Of a stretch of 64,000 bases of DNA, positions 48,854 through 57,193 are shown piece by piece. A program made the translations under genes and the position numbers. How positions within the stretch are numbered: the first letter of the stretch is position 1; every line of letters begins with the position of its first letter. The DNA is taken from the IMG/VR virus record IMGVR_UViG_3300033143_006101, positions 124,001 to 188,000 of that record. One strand, 5' to 3'. The notes under the pieces are model-generated. The model was not told the origin of the DNA, made no database searches, and saw only the letters and a program-made list of their open reading frames with translations.

Positions 48854-48989
48854 TCGGGGAAGAAGGAGTTGAACCTTCGACATTCAGTTTCCAAATGCTT
48901 GTAAGATAATATTATGGGAACCTAAAAGGTTCAAGTTATACCATCTAGAAAACAACACACTGAGACTCTACCTACTGAGCTATTCCCCG
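48854..48989 (-). ncRNA. Y RNA-like 4: tRNA-Pro-like body with 63-nt Y module inserted in the anticodon loop
   Basis: CGGGGAA/UUCCCCG-A acceptor, D and T arms intact; insert 48896-48958 contains AACUUGAACC-uuuu-aGGUUCC and UACAAGC; UUUGGAA precedes the 3' anticodon strand. Confidence 0.8.
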
Positions 48990-48997
48990 TTTATTTT

Positions 48998-49128
48998 AAA
49001 GGAGTTCAAGTAATAGTTGCAATTAGTTTGCAAGTGAAAGATTTGAACTTTCGACCTAAAGTTTAATAGACTTTTGCTCTACCAACTGAGCTAATTTGCT
49101 TGTAAGCAACTATATAGGAAACTCCTTT
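48998..49128 (-). ncRNA. Y RNA-like 5: Y stem enclosing a complete unpermuted tRNA-like cloverleaf (49028-49100, anticodon ATT)
   Basis: AAAGGAGUUUCC/UGAACUCCUUU; auaguugc/gcaacuau; UAGCUCAGUUGGUAGAGC; aaagu-CUAUUAA-acuuu; gaaag-UUCAAAU-cuuuc. Confidence 0.8.
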
Positions 49129-49154
49129 AATTTTCCTTAAAAATATAAAATTAA

Positions 49155-49289
49155 TTATCCATTAACTTTACACATACTTTTCGCTACAAGTTCTCTTATT
49201 AATTCAGAAATACTTTTTGCTTCTTCAAATGCCTTTTTCCGAAGAAAAGCATGTTGTTCATCTTCAAATATAATAGTTGTTTGTTTCAT
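49155..49289 (-). CDS. ribbon-helix-helix protein, 44 aa, not in ORF track
   Basis: hand translation MKQTTIIFEDEQHAFLRKKAFEEAKSISELIRELVAKSMCKVNG. Confidence 0.7.
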   Translation of the reverse strand: MKQTTIIFEDEQHAFLRKKAFEEAKSISELIRELVAKSMCKVNG

Positions 49290-49356
49290 CTTAGCAACCC
49301 CAAATCTCTTCATCTTTTCGTCTATAGCTAATTATTTATATATATGATTATACAAC

Positions 49357-49385
49357 AATATAATCAAGATACATAATATTGTCAA
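49357..49385 (-). promoter_or_regulatory. sigma70-type promoter heading the RHH / Y RNA / cspA unit
   Basis: TTGACA-17 bp-TATATT. Confidence 0.75.
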
Positions 49386-49415
49386 CAATTTTTTTAAAAA
49401 AATTACTAAAAGTGA

Positions 49416-49457
49416 TCCTGGGTAGTATATATATATATATATATATACTACCCAGGA
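49416..49457. repeat. perfect 42-bp palindrome with (TA)11 core
   Basis: tcctgggtag-(ta)11-ctacccagga. Confidence 0.9.
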
Positions 49458-49465
49458 CAACATTT

Positions 49466-50622
49466 TTACTTGCGGTACAGCGTCAGTTGAATCACTTCGT
49501 CTTTGAATTCTACAGCTTCACCGCGTAACAGTTTGCCATTCTTACCTTCTTCTTGAACTTCCCTAATCTCAATGATTTTAAAAGGAAGTTTTTGAGTCTC
49601 TCCGAAGATCACTTTCTCTTCAAATTTACAACCTAACTCCTTACCTATGAGTTTTTTTTTATCATCTCAGGTTTAAATTCAAAGATATTAGCCTCTTCTT
49701 TCTTTAGATAACTACTACCTTCTTTGGCAACTACATCTTCCTTTACTGCATTCCAAGAAGCAGGGAGATCATACACATCTACTCCCCTTATTTTATTCTC
49801 ATGAAGAAAAATAGCACCAACCTGATTCTCGATTGGTGGGATCTTCTTCATTACTTCTTTGATAAAAGCAGTCATGTCATCTAAAGCATCCACTAAGTCA
49901 TCAGACGCAGGAATATCCTCTATGTTCTCATCTGATGACTTGGATATTCTATTACGCCCTATTGGTGGTAGTCCAGATGGTCCACATGAACCAGCTACCC
50001 CAACAGGAGCAGCGTCCACCTCATCTGAACTTGAATCCTCTGAAGAATCACATAATGTAGGCAATACTTCATTGTCCATATCACTTATATTACATGAAAA
50101 AGATCTTCGAACAGGATTATGCTTATAAGACTTGATACGATCACCTCTACCAGTCTGTGCAAGATAGACTGCATTGTGATTGCTAACAGAATCCCAAGTA
50201 CTTCCTTGGCTAGAGAGATCTACGTCGAAGGGTGCTCGTCCACTATATTTCATCTCTGCCCCTTTTTGAGTCGGTTTAGATTGATGCACACAGTGAACAT
50301 TAATGCGAGTACTCTTACCAGGCATGATAAGGTAACTATGAATAGCAACCCGTTCCTGGGCTTTACCTCTGAAGAGTTCACCTCTACTAATAAATACAGG
50401 CGTGCCCTCATTGTTCTGAACATAAAGATAGTTTACCTGTCCGGTATCTTCTACCTTAATATCCTATGCCTCAGCAAACGTAATGTATTTACGTTTCTTT
50501 TTTGACTTCCTTGTTATTGGCACGATAACGTTTAGTGATTCCTCACTCATTCTCCAAGCCTCGCCCAAGACGAATCCATTCTTCTCGCTTGAAACGGACT
50601 TGATAAATTGTTGTATTGATAT
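49466..50622 (-). pseudogene. ARPP-1/DUF6569-like protein, disrupted
   Basis: 'YITFAEA*DIKVEDTGQVNYL..N....VFI..GELFRGKAQER...INVHCV'; in-frame TAG at 50464-50466, frameshift in A9 run at ~49655, ATA at the expected start. Confidence 0.6.
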
Positions 50623-50656
50623 GGCAGTACCTCCTATATTTAAATTAACCACAAAG

Positions 50657-51091
50657 TTAATGTGATCGCCTAAAGTTAACTCTCTGTGCTTGAGTACCTC
50701 CTTTAATAATATAATTTTTAGTTGGTATAAATTTTTTAAAATAGATAATTTCTATAGAACGAGCTTCCAATTCGCTCACCTTATTTTGTAATTGTTGTAT
50801 CTTAGCCTCATAAGGAACTATGACTTCATCAATGTATTGGTCTGCTCTAAATTTATCTTGTTGCTTATATTCAATATAAGTAAGCATTGAAAAAACACCA
50901 TAGCCTATCAAAGTCAAAATCACTAACATAGTTAAAAAGATAGTAGTATCAATACTGATACTGAATTTTCTTATCCAATAGAATAAAGAAATATTGGATG
51001 ATCTTCCAAATGAAAAATTAAACCAAGATCCCTTAACCGGAGCGGAGGGCCTTATCATTTGATGCAATCGAGTATTCATGTATGCTTTCAT
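50657..51091 (-). CDS. membrane-anchored coiled-coil protein
   Basis: one TM segment followed by heptad region. Confidence 0.5.
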   Translation of the reverse strand: MKAYMNTRLHQMIRPSAPVKGSWFNFSFGRSSNISLFYWIRKFSISIDTTIFLTMLVILTLIGYGVFSMLTYIEYKQQDKFRADQYIDEVIVPYEAKIQQLQNKVSELEARSIEIIYFKKFIPTKNYIIKGGTQAQRVNFRRSH

Positions 51092-51111
51092 AAATTTAAA
51101 TGATAGTAAAC

Positions 51112-51441
51112 TTATTTAAATTTTGAAGCCAGCATCATTGCTACATTAGCTATATCAACACATTCCTTATGTGCTTTTTCAGCTTCTATCTCATCCACTT
51201 CAGCCTCTTCTGCTACATACCATTGTAATATTTTACTTACCTCTCCCACTTCCTCAATTAATTTAAAAAACAAATATTCTATACTACAATCTTCCCATCC
51301 ACCTTTATGATCGTTTGCTTTTAACACCTCTTCCATTTCAACTGAAAATTTTTGCACTTCTTTCCGTACTCTTGCAACTTCAAGTACAAAATCTATTTCC
51401 TTTTGTGACAGTATACCTTTGTCTTCTTGTGTTGATCCCAT
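51112..51441 (-). CDS. MazG-like nucleotide pyrophosphohydrolase domain protein
   Basis: KLIEEVGEV...KECVDIAN. Confidence 0.7.
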   Translation of the reverse strand: MGSTQEDKGILSQKEIDFVLEVARVRKEVQKFSVEMEEVLKANDHKGGWEDCSIEYLFFKLIEEVGEVSKILQWYVAEEAEVDEIEAEKAHKECVDIANVAMMLASKFK

Positions 51442-51450
51442 AACACACTC

Positions 51451-52035
51451 CTATATTCCTTTTTGAACCGCTATTTGACGATAGGTCAACATAGCATGCA
51501 ATTTGTATGAGTAACTATCTAAACTACCGCATACTCTTTTTACTAAACCAAGCTTAAACCCTTCCTCTCTTAGCTTGGCTTTGTATGATTCATACTCATC
51601 AGTAAAAGCGGTTATAATTAATTTCTCCTTTGCTGTTTCAGTTCTGTTTATCTTCTTAGTACGAGCAACCCCATCCTTACCCATGATCTCTTCAGTAGCT
51701 ACATCAACTCTAACATATTTCTCTGCCTTCCATCTCTCAAATTCATCTTCAAGTTGCTGCACTACCCTTTGTTGGGATTCGAATACTACACCGTACATGA
51801 ATATCCGTCTCGAGATATGATTTATCTCTTTTAAGATCATTTCAATATCAGTAGTGTCATCTATCTCTAACATATTAGAATCAAAATAAATTTTTATTTC
51901 ATCAAAGGTTTCGTATGTCTGGCCTTCTTTAAAATGCTTGAACATCTCACCAAACTTACCAAATACTTCTTCCATTGTATTAGTTTCTATTGGTGCTTGT
52001 CGTGTTTGTATATTATTATCCATTTTTTCTCCCAT
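51451..52035 (-). CDS. helical protein, possibly UvsY-like recombination mediator
   Basis: long coiled coil with 'RTETAKEK' turn. Confidence 0.4.
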   Translation of the reverse strand: MGEKMDNNIQTRQAPIETNTMEEVFGKFGEMFKHFKEGQTYETFDEIKIYFDSNMLEIDDTTDIEMILKEINHISRRIFMYGVVFESQQRVVQQLEDEFERWKAEKYVRVDVATEEIMGKDGVARTKKINRTETAKEKLIITAFTDEYESYKAKLREEGFKLGLVKRVCGSLDSYSYKLHAMLTYRQIAVQKGI

Positions 52036-52259
52036 TTTATTTATAACTTAAATTTTTTGTTCTTAACCAAGCAATAGCTTCAACTCTTCCATCAAAACCT
52101 TTTGACTTCCAAATTTTAGGATCTCTCCCTGCTTCTACCATATGAAATTTCCAACGATAGCCTTTATTAAACTTTTCTAACTCTACTTCACCAAACTGCT
52201 CTAACTCTATACCTATAATATTCCTCTTATTTATTAAATGAGTACCATTATCTTCCAAA

Positions 52260-53168
52260 TCAAGAAACACAGGCTATCTCCTCCTCTACATCAAAACTAC
52301 TTCTATACATTTTCATGTCAGTTAAATCCAAATATTTTGAAAATGCTTCCGGATCGTAGAGAGAAACATTACAAAAATTATCTTCTGTTAGATAAGGATG
52401 AAAACCAGCTCCAAATGCAATTTTACTAATATCGCTTATCTCTGTTTTTAGTATCTTAAAAAGTTTATCAAATGCCAGGTCTTTACATACCGCCCTGCCC
52501 TGAGCTATATAAGGTAACAATACATAATACTCCGGAGTATCTCCATAAGTATTATAAACATTTAAAAAATATTCAATACTAGATTCATCAGAAATAATTA
52601 AATGGAAATTAGTATGTATTTTAGCATTCTGCAATAATGTAAATGCATTATTCCAATACTCTTCAAGATGAGGATGACAACTTATCGCTACCCCACCACA
52701 ATATAGTGATGTATAGTTCAATAAATGATCAAGTAGTGCAATAGGCCATTTAGCAAACAAACCATTGGTAGTATAATTAGGTGTTATATTAAGTTTATAA
52801 AATGCCATTAAGATTTTATTAAAATCAGGATGCATTGTTGGTTCCCCACCACCTATAGCTACCTGGAAAGGTCTTTGATTTTCATCCATCGAACCAAAAA
52901 ACTCATTTATCTTTTCCAAAGCATTTTCTGCATGCTTTCCATTCTTGTATGAACTTTGATAACACCAGGAGCAGCCACCTTCACACATATTTGTTATCTT
53001 TACATCATAAAACTCTGGATAAGGCAATTCACTTATATCTTGCTTTGGATCCATAGCTAATCTTAATGTTTTACCATTAAAGTACACCGCTTTGTAATTA
53101 CATTCTGAGAAATGCCGGGTCCTAATCATAGCATCTGTTCCTCCCATAAAATTGTCTTTTATCATCAT
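52260..53168 (-). CDS. radical SAM protein
   Basis: CEGGCSWC (CxxxCxxC), GGGEPTMHP, YTTNG. Confidence 0.92.
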   Translation of the reverse strand: MMIKDNFMGGTDAMIRTRHFSECNYKAVYFNGKTLRLAMDPKQDISELPYPEFYDVKITNMCEGGCSWCYQSSYKNGKHAENALEKINEFFGSMDENQRPFQVAIGGGEPTMHPDFNKILMAFYKLNITPNYTTNGLFAKWPIALLDHLLNYTSLYCGGVAISCHPHLEEYWNNAFTLLQNAKIHTNFHLIISDESSIEYFLNVYNTYGDTPEYYVLLPYIAQGRAVCKDLAFDKLFKILKTEISDISKIAFGAGFHPYLTEDNFCNVSLYDPEAFSKYLDLTDMKMYRSSFDVEEEIACVS

Positions 53169-53457
53169 CCCAAATGAAACCTCTGTGCATTAAAAATATG
53201 CTCAATCCATTCTTGAATCATCCAAATATATGATTAACCTCTTTTTTATTCTTCACTAAATAAGGCTCCCCAAACATTTCACTAAAATCATGCGATTCCC
53301 CTGTATGTTTATCATACAAAGCAATAAGTTCTAATAACATCTCGTTAATTATTTCTACAGATTTAGTCGTATCACACACAAATATTTGAGATGAAGAATT
53401 AGTAATTACATCTACCATAGAACGTACCGGAATTAAAAAAAGTTGTTTAGCCATCTC
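53164..53457 (-). pseudogene. ITNSS-motif paralogue 3, apparently internally deleted or frameshifted
   Basis: RSMVDVITNSSSQIF; a likely C-terminus WMIQEWIEHIFNAQRFHLG* lies in another frame. Confidence 0.5.
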
Positions 53458-53926
53458 TTGTTCCATCCTGTTCAAAAATATCTTTGAACACTCTACACAA
53501 ACTTAATGTTTCTATATCTGTATTATCTTTTGGTTTAATAATAAGGTCCTCATTTCTCGGAAAATTAAGATAATTTGTAGCATACCGTTCCTGCTGATCT
53601 TTACTCATTGCACGAAAGATTTCAATAGCCTTAGCATATTGATTATCCCAATCTTCCCTAGTTTCATTAGGCATGCTGTTTAATTCTTCAAACTCTTCAC
53701 TTTCTAACATATCTTCAGCTATTGATTCCAATGCATCCTCTGTATAATCAATAGTAAATTCAAATAAATCCTCAGCTTTTTTATCACTGCCTGCTACAGA
53801 TAAAATATAATCAATCATCTCTTTCGCAACAGCAATTGATTTGTCTCCATTTGTCCAAGTGTAAATAACCGTTGATGAATTAGTAATTACATCAACCATA
53901 GAATGTACTGCTATTCTTAATTCCAT
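53447..53926 (-). CDS. ITNSS-motif paralogue 2
   Basis: HSMVDVITNSSTVIY. Confidence 0.75.
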   Translation of the reverse strand: MELRIAVHSMVDVITNSSTVIYTWTNGDKSIAVAKEMIDYILSVAGSDKKAEDLFEFTIDYTEDALESIAEDMLESEEFEELNSMPNETREDWDNQYAKAIEIFRAMSKDQQERYATNYLNFPRNEDLIIKPKDNTDIETLSLCRVFKDIFEQDGTRDG

Positions 53927-53934
53927 ATATCCTC

Positions 53935-54489
53935 CTATTGATATCCTTCTTTAACATCAAAAATATTCTGAAGTCTCTCGGAAAGATAGATACATTCCTC
54001 AGACCCATTTATGGGAGTAATAACTAATTCTGCGTCTATATTTCCATATGTATCCTTATATTTCTTGTGATCTTCATTACTTCCCATACACACTTCCTTA
54101 TATTTTTCATCGGCCTTTTTTTCTATTTGCTCACTCATTGCTTCTGTAAGTTTTTCAATAACCTTCTCCTCCAGCTCATTCTCACTAAAGAGAGCATTGC
54201 TTGCCTTAGCCTCTTTCATCATCTTAGCAAACTCATCCGGGAACTCCTGTGCAATATTATTACAAATTTCTTCTGTATACATTTCTAAAAAGGTATATTC
54301 ATCTCCAGGAATGATACTAAACCTGAATAGTTCATCGGCAGTTTTATCCATACATGCCATTTTCAAAATAGTATTAATAAGCTCTTTTGCCATTTCAATA
54401 GTATTTTCATGAGGCTGCACATAAATAACTGTTGATGAGTTAGTAATTGTGTCTACAAACGAGTGAATAGGTACTTTAATCTTTTTCAT
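53935..54489 (-). CDS. ITNSS-motif paralogue 1
   Basis: HSFVDTITNSSTVIY. Confidence 0.75.
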   Translation of the reverse strand: MKKIKVPIHSFVDTITNSSTVIYVQPHENTIEMAKELINTILKMACMDKTADELFRFSIIPGDEYTFLEMYTEEICNNIAQEFPDEFAKMMKEAKASNALFSENELEEKVIEKLTEAMSEQIEKKADEKYKEVCMGSNEDHKKYKDTYGNIDAELVITPINGSEECIYLSERLQNIFDVKEGYQ

Positions 54490-54749
54490 TTTAATCCTCC
54501 AAATTCTTGTAAATATAATGATCTAATATACTCCTGTATTAATAGGGATCTCTTCTTCTTGAAATGCTTTTCTAATTTCTTAAGCCTTTCAATATCCTCA
54601 GGCTTTAATGATACCGTTACCGGCCTAGCCTTGTTCTCAGAATTTATTCGATATCTTCCCATAAATACCCCTACTTTCTATAAAGGGTATTTATAAAAAA
54701 TTTTACACTTTTTTTGTAAAAAAATTGGTAAATAACATATATAAGTAGT

Positions 54750-55316
54750 ATGGAATGGTATTTAATATCTACTAAATCTAGCTTGCTAAGAGTGAGTATG
54801 CTCTTGCAGGAACTAAATATAGGACAACCTATGGATCCACTGCTATATCTTCGACTGGGGTATAAAAACCTATCTACACAAGATAAAGAAACCTACTATC
54901 TATTAAAAAACATTAGTGACTTAAATAAAGAACCCATTTGCCAAGCAAATATTGATTATCTTGCCACAGCATTAAGCACTTCTGAGTCAACACAATATTA
55001 TCGACTTAAAAACCTGCAAAGATCAAAGTTAATAAAAATTCTAAAAGATAATACCTTCTATATTATTGATCCACCATACCCGGATTCCACATTCGTATCC
55101 ACCGTCATTCAGCTATTAAAAAGGAAGAGACTCGGAACTACTATACATTTGTATAAGACATGCAACAACCCTATCCTAAGAATGCAGTACCTTTTAGAGA
55201 TTAAAAAAATGCAACAAAGAGGAGTACATCATTACCATTTAAATAAAATCCTACCAGAAAACAATGAACTAATTACGCCATTAACATCATTTAATATCAT
55301 GAAAAATTTATCGTAA
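54750..55316 (+). CDS. putative winged-HTH DNA-binding protein
   Basis: 'YLATALSTSESTQYYRLKNLQRSKLI'. Confidence 0.55.
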   Translation: MEWYLISTKSSLLRVSMLLQELNIGQPMDPLLYLRLGYKNLSTQDKETYYLLKNISDLNKEPICQANIDYLATALSTSESTQYYRLKNLQRSKLIKILKDNTFYIIDPPYPDSTFVSTVIQLLKRKRLGTTIHLYKTCNNPILRMQYLLEIKKMQQRGVHHYHLNKILPENNELITPLTSFNIMKNLS

Positions 55317-55408
55317 ACTCCTTAAAAAATGACCAGTTTTCTCTACCATTTAAATTACGCCAAATAACATATTCCTTTATAAATCAATACGCAATTGCAG
55401 GAGGATCA

Positions 55409-56968
55409 ATGAACAAGCAAGATCTAAGGCAAGAGTTAATAGATGAATTTATAAAGATAGAAAAACAATTTAATAAGGAGAGTCCTGGTAGAAAAATCAC
55501 AAGAGATTACTTTAGACAACATACTAAATATCAAGAGAAGAGTTGGACTCACCTTTTTGGAAGCTTTAAAAGTTTTAAACAACTAGCTTCAACGCAAAAG
55601 GAAGTCACTAGAGAATCCATCCGAATTAAAAAGAATGATAGAAGAAAAGGTACAAAACGAAAATATTTTGTCACGTCAGCAATCTCAGGTGCAGAACTTG
55701 ACCAAGATTTTTTTCTTAGTGCTTTAAATTATTGTAAATTAACTAATACACGATTAGTTATACTTCCAATGCGGGGAGTAAAAGTATCAGATGCAGGATA
55801 TGCTGAAGAGTTACTTGAAAATGCAGACTACTTTGCAACTGAATATATTTTCAACAGTAATTTAGTAGCTAAAGATTTTCTTATCAATCCCCAAATGATG
55901 AATCCTCTAACTGGGTTGGATCGTTTTGGACAAAAGCACTATTCTCTTATAATTGCATCCCCAAAACAATTTATGAGGGTGGTACCTGTTAGTCACGAAA
56001 GTTATCCGCACACTATTCACAGTACTGGAAGCATAACAATACCAACATATGCGTCTACACGAGTTGGTAGACTAGCAGAACAAGATCATTGCCGTGGCGG
56101 TTTAATAGTAGAAATAGAAAATGATAAAATATTTCATATTAGACAAATCCAAGCAGATAAAAACGGTAACTTTTATGATCTAGGAACTTATTATACTAGA
56201 AAAGAATCCGAAGCAAGCAGAGTATCCGCAATTGTATTGGGAGACATGCATATAGGATTCGAATGCCCAACAGCTGTCAAAGCTTGGATGGAATGTATTA
56301 AAAAAACTAACCCCAAGTATATCATAATGCATGATATCTTCAATGCCCACAGTATTTCACACCATCATATTAATAATATAGAAAGACAAGTAAATAGAAA
56401 AAAAGAATTGAATACTTTAAAAAAGGAATTGAATGTTGTTGGTGAAACATTAAAAAAGTGGAGTGAAACATTTCCTGATAAGGAAATAATTGTGGTAAGA
56501 AGTAATCATGATGAAGCATTGGATAGATACTTATTCGAATGCAGGTATAAAGATGATTGGATCAACCATAGGCTGGCCCTTAGATTAGCAGCATGGTTAA
56601 TTAATGAAAAAAATCCATTAGAAGAATACATTACAACAATGTTTAATATTAAAAACATAAGATGGTTAAGAAGAGACAAGGATTATAAATTACATAATGT
56701 AATAATCAGTGCTCATGGGGATAAAAAGGCTTATGGAGCAGCAACAAATAATGTTCTAAATGCCGAATCATCCTATGGTAACGCTATCATAGCTCATTCC
56801 CATTCCCCTCAAGTTTATAGAAACGTATGGAGAGTAGGTACAACAACTGAGCTGATATTAGACTATAATAAAGGAGCCCCTTCTAACTGGCTCCATGCAA
56901 GCTGTCTATTATACAAAAGCCAACAAAGACAAATGATTACAGCAATAGAAGGCAATTGGAAAATATAA
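55409..56968 (+). CDS. calcineurin-like metallophosphoesterase domain protein
   Basis: GDMH, HDIF, SNHD, HGD, HSH. Confidence 0.8.
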   Translation: MNKQDLRQELIDEFIKIEKQFNKESPGRKITRDYFRQHTKYQEKSWTHLFGSFKSFKQLASTQKEVTRESIRIKKNDRRKGTKRKYFVTSAISGAELDQDFFLSALNYCKLTNTRLVILPMRGVKVSDAGYAEELLENADYFATEYIFNSNLVAKDFLINPQMMNPLTGLDRFGQKHYSLIIASPKQFMRVVPVSHESYPHTIHSTGSITIPTYASTRVGRLAEQDHCRGGLIVEIENDKIFHIRQIQADKNGNFYDLGTYYTRKESEASRVSAIVLGDMHIGFECPTAVKAWMECIKKTNPKYIIMHDIFNAHSISHHHINNIERQVNRKKELNTLKKELNVVGETLKKWSETFPDKEIIVVRSNHDEALDRYLFECRYKDDWINHRLALRLAAWLINEKNPLEEYITTMFNIKNIRWLRRDKDYKLHNVIISAHGDKKAYGAATNNVLNAESSYGNAIIAHSHSPQVYRNVWRVGTTTELILDYNKGAPSNWLHASCLLYKSQQRQMITAIEGNWKI

Positions 56969-56975
56969 ATTTTAA

Positions 56976-57004
56976 TTGACAGATATATTAATTTATATTA
57001 TATT
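56976..57004 (+). promoter_or_regulatory. sigma70-type promoter
   Basis: TTGACA-17 bp-TATATT. Confidence 0.65.
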
Positions 57005-57010
57005 GACCTA

Positions 57011-57086
57011 TCTATCATATATTTGACACTCCAAGTTGAATTATATGCCTATTTTGACTGAATCCCTTCTCCGGAAGGGATTTTTT
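57011..57086 (+). ncRNA. candidate ~75-nt small RNA
   Basis: between promoter and terminator; hairpin with ACUCCAA loop; no ORF. Confidence 0.45.
57061..57086 (+). terminator. intrinsic terminator
   Basis: aatcccttc-tccg-gaagggatt followed by T-run. Confidence 0.8.
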
Positions 57087-57108
57087 CGTTTGTAACATAA
57101 AAAAAAAG

Positions 57109-57138
57109 TTGACATTATACAGCTATCCAATGTATATT
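57109..57138 (+). promoter_or_regulatory. sigma70-type promoter for the PP2C-NadE-PncB-kinase unit
   Basis: TTGACA-18 bp-TATATT. Confidence 0.6.
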
Positions 57139-57193
57139 GCTTATATAGACAAAACATATAAAAATTGAAGTTATACTGAGGAGATGCTGTAAG

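Noticed and set aside
48896-48958. Group I/II or archaeal BHB tRNA intron
   Set aside because: 63 nt is far too short for a self-splicing intron, no clear bulge-helix-bulge is visible, and the insert matches the Y module
49028-49100. Ordinary functional tRNA-Asn(ATT)
   Set aside because: Two acceptor mismatches, atypical anticodon, no CCA, and ends enclosed in the Y stem
41938-50652. Stop-codon reassignment (TGA=Trp or TAG=Gln) suggested by in-frame stops in NADAR and the ARPP-1-like gene
   Set aside because: TGA and TAG end many tightly coupled genes normally, long genes have no internal stops, and no suppressor tRNA is seen; point lesions are the simpler explanation
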